DNA of 64,000 nucleotides from an uncultured virus (IMG/VR IMGVR_UViG_3300005239_000270) (IMGVR_UViG_3300005239_000270), one strand, 5' to 3'; counted from the stretch's first letter, positions 43,083 to 53,803 are shown. A program made the numbers and translations. The notes: generated by a model not told the origin, from the sequence alone.

Positions 43083-43208
43083 ACTACAAAACCACGAAAA
43101 GCTACGCTAACTACGCTAATTCCCTATATAAGCAATAATTAAATAGAGAGAGGGGGAGTGCATTAAAAAAGAGATATATAAGGGGGAAACGTAGCAAACG
43201 TAGTTTTT
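43081..43208. repeat. CTACG/CGTAG inverted element, copy 2
   Basis: CTACGCTAACTACGCT ... AGAGAG..GTGCATTA ... TATA ... CGTAGCAAACGTAGTTTT. Confidence 0.7.
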
Positions 43209-43408
43209 TCCAAATTTATAGATGCACTAATTTAGTACTCCCCTTGCCGCGCAGTCGAATACAAGCAAAAAACCGCCCAAAATAAAACTACAAACACATA
43301 TGTAGCAACTACTACAAATGAGTCAACCTTAATATATCTTAACCGGAACCAAATTCGGATATCTCGCCCTTTTGGAACCACTTCGTAGGTAAATTGACCA
43401 AACGCTCT

Positions 43409-43765
43409 ATGGAATTGATGCAACGTATCGATGTTCCCGTTGACGCAAAATTTGCTGATGTCCTCAAAGACTACTGCGCTTACTACGGTCTCACTATGGG
43501 CGAATTCATGTATGAAGCTGCTAAACAGCACATACACTCATCGGCAGCGATGTGTGACCTTGCACATGGCATTCTTGAAACACATGGCACTGCTCCTGAC
43601 AAAAGGTCTTCAAAGCATTGCTATGGGTTTAAATGCAGATGCTGTATGCATGAAGTTGCATGTCGCACTGGTCTTTATAAAAATTACTGGGAAATTGCAG
43701 ACGAGCACAAACATCTTCTAAAAGAACAAGATGAGCCATGCTCTTGTGATGAGTACAACCCATGA
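43409..43765 (+). CDS. Putative ribbon-helix-helix regulator with Cx4Cx2Cx5C domain, paralogue A
   Basis: QRIDVPVD..FADVLKDYCAYYGLTMGEFMYE; CYGFKCRCCMHEVACRTGLY. Confidence 0.55.
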   Translation: MELMQRIDVPVDAKFADVLKDYCAYYGLTMGEFMYEAAKQHIHSSAAMCDLAHGILETHGTAPDKRSSKHCYGFKCRCCMHEVACRTGLYKNYWEIADEHKHLLKEQDEPCSCDEYNP

Positions 43766-44079
43766 AAAAAGTACAAGTTCAAATGTCTGATGAATCCCAT
43801 GAAGTCTTAAAAGACTTTGCAAATGCATGGGGCATGACTATGTCAGATGTTATGTACGAATGTGCTCGATGTCATATTCACAAGATGTCTAACGACTGCT
43901 CTTATGTGAAATCAATACTTAAATACAAACAAATCAAGCAAGACCGACGATCATCTAAATCTTGCTATGGACCGTCTTGTTTTGCTTGCAAGTTCAACAC
44001 ATCCTGCCGTACCGGGCTTTACGAAGGAACCTTTGAATTGTCAAAGAAAGCGTCTGCTTTGTATTCAGAATATTCTTAA
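43762..44079 (+). CDS. Putative ribbon-helix-helix regulator with Cx4Cx2Cx5C domain, paralogue B
   Basis: KKVQVQMSDESHEVLKDFANAWGMTMSDVMYE; CYGPSCFACKFNTSCRTGLY. Confidence 0.6.
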   Translation: MKKVQVQMSDESHEVLKDFANAWGMTMSDVMYECARCHIHKMSNDCSYVKSILKYKQIKQDRRSSKSCYGPSCFACKFNTSCRTGLYEGTFELSKKASALYSEYS

Positions 44080-44235
44080 TGTTTCTGTTGATACACTTTA
44101 CAACACTTAATTGGTTTCACCAGTACATGCTTTGACGATGTAATTAGCTGAGTATTAGTCATAGTTAATTGCGCCCTAACGGGCGCTTTATTCGTTTATG
44201 CCCTCTTTGAGGGTTGTCCTATATATGTCAAATCA

Positions 44236-45227
44236 ATGCCTGCTAATTTCACATCCGGCTGGCTCGGCAACGGCGAACGTGCGTGGCACGGAATGGGAGT
44301 CGTCACAGATGGCACCCTGCCAGCGCGAGAAGCGTTTGAAACAGCGAACGCCCTCTTCACCGTCGAGAAGCGAGAGTTGCAACTCCCAACTCACGTCGAA
44401 TCCCAAGTCGATACCGGATACTTACCTGGTCGAGTTATCTATCAACCGTCAGGTGCATTCGGACTCGTCCGCACTGACACCCAAGACTTGCTTGGCATCG
44501 TCAGTAAGCAGTACGAAATCGTGCCAAACGAATCGCTCTTACGCATGGCGGAGTTCATCCGCGAAGAGGTTGACATGGACACCGTCGTCGTTCTATCAGA
44601 TGGTGGCAAAGTCTGCTTTACCGCCACACTCCGTGGTGCGACGCAGGACATCGTCCGTGGTGACACAGTCAAACGCCGCATCGTTGGCTTCTTAGGTCAC
44701 GACGGTAAGACTGGCTGTGGTGCAATGTTCACCAACGTCCGCGTTGTGTGTACTAATACTCTTGCTGCAGCTATGTCTTCAGCCACTGCGAAGGTCAGCA
44801 TCCGTCACAAGACTGGTGCTAACGACAACTTCGATCAGCTGATCACGTCTATCGATACTGCACGTGAGACATTCAATAATGAAGTCGAACTATTCCGCAG
44901 TTTGCTGATACTCCTATCGAGCAAGGTGACTTCCGTGAACTCCTAGAGCGTGTCTACGCCAGTGAGATTCCTGAAGGTAAGCAGATCGATGACTTACGTA
45001 AGTATCCCAAGCTACGCCGTGCTTATACCGGTGGCCTTGGTGCTCGTGAGTTTGCTCCCTATACCATGTGGTCTGCTGTCAATGCAATCACTGAGGTAGA
45101 GACAAGCACACAGACTGGCACTCGTGCTCAGCAACGACGTCAGTTTGCCAAAGCTAATTTCGGTAGCGGTTTACTTACAAGTAAGCGAGCCATTCAAGAA
45201 GCTGAAGCTATGCTCTCGCTTGTCTAA
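44236..45227 (+). CDS. DUF932-family phage/plasmid protein, frameshift near 44900
   Basis: AWHGMG, LGIVSKQYEIVPN, GHDGKTG, NVRVVCTNTL, IRH; the alternate frame carries TMWSAVNAITE to stop 45227. Confidence 0.8.
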
Positions 45228-45335
45228 TGTCCCGGCTTAAATTAACATGTCTACTCGCTTATGTTAACTATTCATTGATTTGTTAACATTTATATTCGTA
45301 CTTACTTAGTGCGTAGTTAAATATACCTAATTGTT

Positions 45336-45692
45336 ATGTTAAAGAAACTTACTACCGGCTTAATTGCTGGCGCTTGTTTGTTGTCTGCTGCTTTGCCTAT
45401 CAAAAGCAACGCAGCTAACAGCACCATGCTCACTAGCTATTACGCTCACTACTTCCACGGCAGGACAACAGCGAACGGTGAATCTTTCAATATGTATGCC
45501 AACACCGCCGCTCACAAAACCCTCCCGTTTGGTACACGACTTCGTGTCTGCTATTCGGGATGCGTGGATGTCCGCATCAACGACCGAGGACCCTATATCT
45601 CTGGCCGTCATCTTGACCTTAGTTATGGTGCCGCCAATGCTATTGGTCTTATCGGACCAGGTGTAGCGTGGACTACTGTGACTTATCTCTGA
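45336..45692 (+). CDS. rlpA: RlpA-like (DPBB) lytic transglycosylase
   Basis: Signal peptide; [36 protein letters not shown]. Confidence 0.9.
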   Translation: MLKKLTTGLIAGACLLSAALPIKSNAANSTMLTSYYAHYFHGRTTANGESFNMYANTAAHKTLPFGTRLRVCYSGCVDVRINDRGPYISGRHLDLSYGAANAIGLIGPGVAWTTVTYL

Positions 45693-45858
45693 TTTATCTA
45701 TGCAAATTCCTGAACGAATTACTGAACAGCTTCAGCAAGCGACTTCTAGAAAAGAAGCTCTTGAAATTATTCTCGATGAATGTTTTTCTGAAGAGCTTCA
45801 AGACGCTACTTTGGACTGGTGCATTAAGCACCGTCCTGATTTAAAACTGGATGATTAG

Positions 45859-45941
45859 TAACTCACGACAGTTAGTCTTTCAGCATAGACTGTAAATAAG
45901 CGGGAGCAAATCCCATGCTCCTGCTATACGAAATGGAGTTA
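45859..45941 (+). ncRNA. Candidate structured cis-regulatory RNA leader
   Basis: Outer stem TAACTC/GAGTTA encloses two hairpins (AGTCT/AGACT; AGCGGGAGCA/TGCTCCTGCT) and overlaps the GGAG RBS of the MSRTYRR gene. Confidence 0.4.
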
Positions 45942-45943
45942 TT

Positions 45944-46114
45944 ATGTCAAGAACTTACAGACGTACTACTGAGTCCAGCACTGGACTTAGGCACCCACAT
46001 ACAATGAATGAACGTCGTCAGCTAAACGGTCTACAAGCAGATGCTCGACTACATCAAATTAATATTTCTCCTGTTAATCGTCTATCTCGTCATATTCCTA
46101 CAGACTTTGACGAC
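45944..46114 (+). CDS. Small basic protein MSRTYRR..., truncated by gap
   Basis: GGAG RBS; ORF runs into an N-gap. Confidence 0.5.
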
Positions 46115-46134
46115 NNNNNNNNNNNNNNNNNNNN

Positions 46135-46408
46135 GAAGACTCACTCCATTCGGACCTACACTGAAACTTTCGCCTGGACCAAAGTGCATAGGGTTGCTAC
46201 TGTCATCAAAAGTAGCGCCCTGTCCTGTTAATAAACCTTCAACTTGTCTTAGATCACTTGGAGCATTTGCATATGGGTCTATTACACCCTGACCTCTTGG
46301 CCCTGCTAAACGACCTCTAAAGTCTTTATCAGCTTGCTGATCGATATAGTTAGGATTATTCGGGTAAAATTCTCTTCTAGGACCTTTACCAAATCTAAAA
46401 CTATCCAT
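46135..46408 (-). CDS. Late-type protein (RLAG motif), truncated by gap
   Basis: TAAAAT 24 nt upstream. Confidence 0.5.
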
Positions 46409-46540
46409 CGTATCAAATACATATTATATCTATTTTAGGCAATATAACTTATGTCAATCTCAAGACATAACGTGTAGAATCATGAAGTAGGCCTCTGTGC
46501 CGAGTACTTCGCCTTAATACACAAACAATGTCTTACTTAA

Positions 46541-47628
<1,088 letters not shown>

Positions 47629-47694
47629 TCAACAGTCATAATCAACTGCCCCCTACCGGGGGCTTTTTTTATGTGTGGTATATGTAAATAATGA

Positions 47695-48093
47695 ATGCCC
47701 CTGACTATTGCTGGAACTGAAGTTGAAAATTTTATTGAAAACAAATTAGAACACCATGGATATAACGTTGAATCTCAAGTTGCATCTTCTGGAATCAACA
47801 AGGACTGGAGTCGTATTGACTTAGTTATTGTTGATGATGCATTTGATTTTGCTGAAGCACTTTCTCTTAAATATCAAGATGTTGCAGGCACGGCTGAAGA
47901 AAAACTTTTATATGAAGCAGAAAACCTTTCGTTAATGTGTCATGCACATAAGTATCACAGTGGAACTATTGTTCTTTGTGGAACTGGCTGGTCTCCAGTT
48001 AAATATTACTGGTTCTTAAATGAATACGAACCGCCCTCAAATGTAAGAATAATATCTTACGATGAGTTTGTACAAGAATATATCGTGAACTAA
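47695..48093 (+). CDS. PD-(D/E)XK nuclease-like protein
   Basis: RIDLVIV...LSLKYQDVAGTAEEKL...IVLCGTGW. Confidence 0.7.
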   Translation: MPLTIAGTEVENFIENKLEHHGYNVESQVASSGINKDWSRIDLVIVDDAFDFAEALSLKYQDVAGTAEEKLLYEAENLSLMCHAHKYHSGTIVLCGTGWSPVKYYWFLNEYEPPSNVRIISYDEFVQEYIVN

Positions 48094-48603
48094 ATGCCTG
48101 CCGCTTCTCTAGCGGCTTTAACTGCAACAACTGGTAATCGTAAAGATACTTGGAATACTCCTAAAGAAATTGTAGATAAAGTCGTTGAATATTTTGGTGG
48201 TCCTGTTGAATTGGACCCATGCTGTAATGACCGTGACAATCCAAACGTACCTTGTCACTCCTGTTTTACTGAAGAGGATGACGGACTTGCCCATCAATGG
48301 AATGCAAACTCTGTGTTTGTCAACCATCCATATAGTGATAGCAAGCACTGGATTCCTTATGCCAGACGTATGTTTGACGAAGGTAACGTACAAGAAATGA
48401 TACTACTCATCAAACTTGACATTAGTACTAAATGGTATCGTTCAATTGCTGACCGTCCTTGGATTGCTATTGACCGTCGTCTACGGTTTGGTGAAGCAAC
48501 AGGTGCAGCACCATTTCAGTCAGCATTGTTCTATCTAGGTCCTGACCCAGGTAGATTCTTTAATGTTTTTGCTGAATTTGGACAACCTTACTTGGCCTTA
48601 TAA
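48094..48603 (+). CDS. Phage DNA N6-adenine methyltransferase (Dam-like)
   Basis: DTWNTP, ELDPCC, DDGL..W, VFVNHPYS (NPPY variant), RLRF, APFQS. Confidence 0.8.
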   Translation: MPAASLAALTATTGNRKDTWNTPKEIVDKVVEYFGGPVELDPCCNDRDNPNVPCHSCFTEEDDGLAHQWNANSVFVNHPYSDSKHWIPYARRMFDEGNVQEMILLIKLDISTKWYRSIADRPWIAIDRRLRFGEATGAAPFQSALFYLGPDPGRFFNVFAEFGQPYLAL

Positions 48604-48747
48604 ATGAACCTAAACAAAGAACAGCTTAATGATGTGAAACATGCAGTGGCTTACTATATGTACCACCATGTCAGCGTCAACAACCCACGGTATAACGATT
48701 ATGAAGTTATACTACAATTGTTAAGTGAAACAAGAGAGGAAAAATGA
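48604..48747 (+). CDS. Small hypothetical protein (MNLNKEQL), allele 1
   Basis: Conserved second copy at 49171-49317; stop overlaps the hli start. Confidence 0.55.
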   Translation: MNLNKEQLNDVKHAVAYYMYHHVSVNNPRYNDYEVILQLLSETREEK

Positions 48748-48780
48748 CTACAGTAACTGANNNNNNNNNNNNNNNNNNNN

Positions 48781-49131
<351 letters not shown>

Positions 49132-49170
49132 TTCAATTAGGCTCTATTCACTAGAGTCTTTTTTAATGCA

Positions 49171-49317
49171 ATGAATTTAAATAAAGAACAGCTGAATGAT
49201 GTGAAACATGCAGTGGCCTACTATATGTACCACCACGTCAGCATCTCCAACCCACGGTATAACGATTATGAAGTTATACTACAATTGTTAAATGAATATA
49301 AGGACGAATCAAAATGA
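49171..49317 (+). CDS. Small hypothetical protein (MNLNKEQL), allele 2
   Basis: Homologue of 48604-48747. Confidence 0.55.
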   Translation: MNLNKEQLNDVKHAVAYYMYHHVSISNPRYNDYEVILQLLNEYKDESK

Positions 49318-49505
49318 CTATCGTAAATGAAGACGGCGGACGCACAAATATGTACGCTGTCGAACCACAAATGCAAGTAATGGAGGTCTCCGTGACACAC
49401 AACGAAAATGCAGAAAAGCTTAACGGTCGTCTAGCAATGCTTGGCGTAATTGCAGCAATTGGTGCTTATGCAACCACTGGTCAGCTTATTCCTGGTGTAT
49501 TTTGA
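49314..49505 (+). CDS. hli: High-light inducible protein
   Basis: AEKLNGRLAMLG...TTGQLIPGVF. Confidence 0.95.
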   Translation: MTIVNEDGGRTNMYAVEPQMQVMEVSVTHNENAEKLNGRLAMLGVIAAIGAYATTGQLIPGVF

Positions 49506-50053
49506 CTTTCCTGGCGGGTTCTATTCAGGACCCTGCCTGATGTTTAATATTTACTACTGGTAAACAACGACCTATGCGCCCTTATCGGGCGCTATAGTTA
49601 ATAGGTGCCCGGCGATTGGGCTTGTCGTTTATATCTCAAATCAAATGGAAATCTCACGCGAACAACTCAACGAATTGACTGAAGTCATTGAAGACACAGT
49701 TGAGTATGCCTGTGACCAATACACAATGTCAGGCGAGAATGCTTGGGCTTTACTTGAATGCTTAGCTATTACAAAGCAGGCATATATTGCTGGACTCGTC
49801 ACCTCTGATGTTGCCTGATGGCAGCGTCTGTAGGCAACGTTTATGACGTCCTTGAATGCGTCAAACAAGAAGTAAAAGAGCTATGCAAACAAGAAGCTGT
49901 ATCTCAACAGCTCGTATGGCTATTGCTTAGACAGCAAGCTGATTATCAGTTGCTACTTCTAAAAGATTCAAACAACTAACAATATCCGCCCTTAACGGGC
50001 GGTGTATTTCTCTGTGCCCATTCGTGGGCTCTGTTCCTTTACTTTATATACAG

Positions 50054-50710
50054 ATGACAATTATCTCAACCTCTGCACCTACAACTAACCTTACCTCTGC
50101 ACTTGTTGCTGAGTTCGCTGGTGGTAGCGAAAGCACTGTTGACATGATGGTTGGCATTGGTGTCCTTAAGGATTCCGATGCTGTTTTCTTTCAATACCTT
50201 GGTGACAGCAACGAGCCTGCTGCACTGATGCTCAGCAACGGCAAGCCTCTCACTCGTATGGGCAATGTCACTCTCACTGGTATCAGTGTTGCTGACGACA
50301 TCGGAGAGTTCAACGCTACTAAGCTCAACATTTTTCTTGAGTCTTCCAAAGGTACGACTGTCCTTGTCACTAGTGGTCTTACAACAATCTGGTCCCAGTG
50401 CATCATCAATGGCTTAATGGCTATGTTCAATGGCGGTGACCTTACTTGCCCGTTCAACCTTGACACTTGGAAAGGTACTTCCAAGATGAAGCCTTGCTTC
50501 GGTGGCATCCGAGTTGGTCAAGTCAAAATGTCTGACAATGACTTGTACGCTCAGCTCAAAGCTGCACGTACTGACGGCAACAAGCAGCTTGTCGAGACAG
50601 TCATGCGTGACAGCGTATCTATCTTGTCTCACGCTGTAACTGGTGGTCCAGTCGAAGAGGCTGTCATTACTACTGACGAGCTCAGTGTGACGGTAGCTGC
50701 CGACTTTTGA
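50054..50710 (+). CDS. Hypothetical protein
   Basis: MTIISTS start after a hairpin element; acidic ...ADF terminus. Confidence 0.6.
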   Translation: MTIISTSAPTTNLTSALVAEFAGGSESTVDMMVGIGVLKDSDAVFFQYLGDSNEPAALMLSNGKPLTRMGNVTLTGISVADDIGEFNATKLNIFLESSKGTTVLVTSGLTTIWSQCIINGLMAMFNGGDLTCPFNLDTWKGTSKMKPCFGGIRVGQVKMSDNDLYAQLKAARTDGNKQLVETVMRDSVSILSHAVTGGPVEEAVITTDELSVTVAADF

Positions 50711-50811
50711 GTTTCCCCAGTTCCGTAAGGACTTAGGTCAGTTGTCTATGGCACGTCGTCANNNNNNNNNNNNNNNNNNNNNNNNNNNNNNNNNNNNNNN
50801 NNNNNNNNNNN

Positions 50812-51096
50812 AAGATTGGCACCACACTCGACAACCAAGATGTAACTACCTGGCTATTCCTTGAACTCCATGAACAACGCAAAAATAAACTCAGCGACCG
50901 AATCCGTAAAGGACGCGCTATCTGCGTCCAAGGATATCTCCGTGAATATCGCAAGGACGACAGTGACAGCCCTTATCGAGCTATCGTCGCAAACGACTTC
51001 ACTACTCGAAAGGAGCTCGCAAAAACTAACGGAAGTCGCACGCAGACGGGACAAGCAGCGGGCTACTCGGAAGTCGACCCGACGCCAGACTACTAA
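50812..51096 (+). CDS. C-terminal fragment of the tandem-OB-fold SSB-like gene (allele)
   Basis: Near-identical to the end of 58350-59009. Confidence 0.75.
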   Translation, partial: KIGTTLDNQDVTTWLFLELHEQRKNKLSDRIRKGRAICVQGYLREYRKDDSDSPYRAIVANDFTTRKELAKTNGSRTQTGQAAGYSEVDPTPDY

Positions 51097-51141
51097 GTAT
51101 GGCCGGATGGATGTCGAAGATAACTATCCTGATTGGTACTA

Positions 51142-51306
51142 ATGACTAAACTCAAAAATGCCTATGACCTCATGATCATGAGTGTCATCAAACCTGATTC
51201 TGAACTTCGTACTGAAGCAAAAGAAGCTGGGTGTTACGCAGAGCTTATGGCTATTAGGAAGACAATGATTTCTTATTTAGAAAGTTCGCGAGCTTCACTT
51301 AGTTAA
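51142..51306 (+). CDS. Small hypothetical protein
   Basis: MTKLKNAYDL..., followed by a terminator at ~51314-51340. Confidence 0.5.
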   Translation: MTKLKNAYDLMIMSVIKPDSELRTEAKEAGCYAELMAIRKTMISYLESSRASLS

Positions 51307-51408
51307 TGTACCCCAAAGGGTCTCACGCGAGGCCTTTTTTAATGTCAAAAATTTTCCCACGCTAATTAACATTTAGCTTTATATTTGTAAGGTCTACAAA
51401 ATAATAAT

Positions 51409-52149
51409 ATGACCTTGCAAGTACTGCCTCCAGAGTTACTGGAGTCACAAGACAGAATTGAAACTAAAGAACCACAACCATATTGGAAACCAAGCTCACT
51501 AAAAGATGGAGAATCTGAAGAATTTCGCCTCCTTGGATGCTACGAAACGGGGCACGCGATCATGGGATGGCAATACGCCAGTGAAATCCAAGACCCCAAG
51601 ACTGGAGACCTCCGCTTTAATGGCTACGTTGTTAGTCGGAGTCACCCTGGTACTCCTCCTGACCTTGCCCGTGAGACCGACTGGTCCAAAGCAGAACGCC
51701 CCAAGATTGACGGAACCTACGTCAAGCCCCGGCGTTTCCTCGCCTGGGTTGCCACCTCGGCTAGCCGTAGTCGACTAGAAGTTCTCTTCATCGAACAGAA
51801 AACTATTCGTGAACAGCTCTCTGAAATTCTGCAAGAAGTAGAAGATTACACCTGGACTGAAGAAGGTCTAGCTAATTTTTCTATCAAGATTTCTAAGAAA
51901 GGTGCTGGCCTTGAAACTAAGTACAGCATTCTCCCTAAGGTACGTCCTGTGCCTGACAAGATTAAAAAGCAATGGACTACTGAAAGTGAAAGCATCTGGT
52001 TGCCTAACTATTTCTCTGGCCTTGATCCATTCGATGGCAAACAAGTAGAAGAGAAAGGTTTACCTGCTGGCGGCACTGATAAGCGTGGCGCACATGTAGA
52101 GCCCGCTAAAGCTAAGAAAAAAGTTGTAGATACTAACGAGGAATTCTGA
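51409..52149 (+). CDS. Putative gp32-like ssDNA-binding protein, allele 1
   Basis: FRLLG...GWQY, RRFLAW, IEQKTI, SIKISKKGAGLETKYSILP; acidic ..NEEF tip. Confidence 0.55.
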   Translation: MTLQVLPPELLESQDRIETKEPQPYWKPSSLKDGESEEFRLLGCYETGHAIMGWQYASEIQDPKTGDLRFNGYVVSRSHPGTPPDLARETDWSKAERPKIDGTYVKPRRFLAWVATSASRSRLEVLFIEQKTIREQLSEILQEVEDYTWTEEGLANFSIKISKKGAGLETKYSILPKVRPVPDKIKKQWTTESESIWLPNYFSGLDPFDGKQVEEKGLPAGGTDKRGAHVEPAKAKKKVVDTNEEF

Positions 52150-52543
52150 TGACAAACATTAATACTGAAGGCTTGCCTGTTGAAATGCAGGCACGCATTG
52201 CCGAGATCATTGAGAAGGCAAAAGCAAATGCTGTCCAGCCATATGCACCTGCTGCTCCTACACAACCAGCTCCTGTAGCTGCTCAAGGTTTACAGAACCC
52301 TGGCGCTTTGGCTCAACGTCCACCATCACTGATGGACCACATCATTTCTTTGCGTGGTGAAGTTGCTGAACTACGTCAAGAGAACTTGAACTGCGGCAAC
52401 AAGTACAAGCATCCGGTCAAGTAACGGAGGCTGTAGGGCAAGCAGTGGGCTCCTTGTATCAAATGTTTCAAACAGAAACCCAAGTTACAAATTACAGCAG
52501 CCATTTCCAAGCGGCGGAACCATCGCAAGTAGATGACTTCTGA
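52149..52543 (+). CDS. Coiled-coil protein, frameshift near 52390
   Basis: Homologue of 61074-61360; the allele comparison shows the missing base. Confidence 0.55.
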
Positions 52544-52884
52544 TGCCATTCGCTTCTAAAGAGCGAGAACGTGAATACAACCGTCAAAAGTATTTAAGAG
52601 ATCGTGAAGAGCGATTAGCTCGTCAAATTAAAATCGATTCAACTAAACGATCTCGTCGTCGTGATCTCCTATCAACCTTCCCTTGTGTATGCTGCGGCGA
52701 ATTAGATACAACTGTTATTCAATGGCATCATATGAATCCTTCCATTAAAGAATTTGATGTATCTAAAAGCGGTGTTAGTGAAGAGCGTTGGTGGAACGAA
52801 GTTCTTAAATGTATTCCCGTATGCGCTAACTGTCATGTAAAAATTCATAAACAAAAACTATGTCTACTATCGATACGCCCGTAA
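52543..52884 (+). CDS. HNH endonuclease
   Basis: CVCCG...IQWHHMNP...EVLKCIPVCANCH. Confidence 0.85.
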   Translation: MPFASKEREREYNRQKYLRDREERLARQIKIDSTKRSRRRDLLSTFPCVCCGELDTTVIQWHHMNPSIKEFDVSKSGVSEERWWNEVLKCIPVCANCHVKIHKQKLCLLSIRP

Positions 52885-53099
52885 ATGATAAGCCTTATCG
52901 TATACAAACGACAGCAGGTCACCGTAAGTACCTGTGCTCCGGTTTATATATGCCTTCGGTCACCACCGTCCTCAGTGGTACTGAAAGTGAGAAGTCGAAA
53001 GCAGGTCTTCGCAATTGGAACATCAATAACCCAGGTGCCTTAGAAGCAGCTGGCATAAGAGGAACTGCAATTCACCATGGATGTGAGAACTACTTACGT
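52860..53099 (+). CDS. PD-(D/E)XK exonuclease, N-terminal fragment
   Basis: MPSVTTVLS...W...RGTAIH; matches the allele at 61381. Confidence 0.75.
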
Positions 53100-53452
53100 N
53101 NNNNNNNNNNNNNNNNNNNNNNNNNNNNNNNNNNNNNNNNNNNNNNNNNATGAACCCATACATCACTGAGATGGAAGCTATCCTGTGTCTAAACCACATA
53201 TGGTGCTGTGTTTAATCCAAACACACTCGAAGAAGATGAGCACTTCGGCTACGAAGCTGAGATGCAGTACAAGCGTAAAGAGAACACTATTAGAACTATC
53301 TTGTGTTCAAGACTTGACACCGTAAATGTTGGTGAGCCCGTCATGTTGGTTTATCATCATGGTATGCGTGCTTATACACATAACAGGCACGTGATTGTTT
53401 CAAACCACAGCAACTGTGTTGGAGGTTTTTATTACACGAATGGAACAGAAGC

Positions 53453-53803
53453 ATGATGAAAAGCTACGAGTTATACGTCTTTACCCAACCTGGTTGTCCA
53501 CCTTGTGACAGGCTTAAGGCTCACGTAAGCTGTCTTACACCAGCTCAACAGAGTGCCCTGCACTTTGTACCTCTACGTGCGCTTAACGGTAATTACACAG
53601 CCCTTGCAGAGGAGCTTGGAGTAGAGCAAACACCAACCTTGGTTGTTACCTACGAAGGGCTTCACTGTGACATTGATGCCGATGGTGATGAAGACTGTGA
53701 TTACACAGAAGAACCTGTCGAAACATTTATTGGCGCTAATGCAATTATTGATGCATTAGATAGTACCATTGAAGCTTATACCTACGCTAATCCCCCTGAA
53801 TGA
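53453..53803 (+). CDS. Thioredoxin/glutaredoxin-like protein
   Basis: VFTQPGCPPC ... GVEQTPTLV. Confidence 0.8.
   Translation: MMKSYELYVFTQPGCPPCDRLKAHVSCLTPAQQSALHFVPLRALNGNYTALAEELGVEQTPTLVVTYEGLHCDIDADGDEDCDYTEEPVETFIGANAIIDALDSTIEAYTYANPPE

Noticed and set aside
45859..45941. Second tRNA
   Set aside because: No cloverleaf or TTC T-loop; kept only as a candidate leader RNA.
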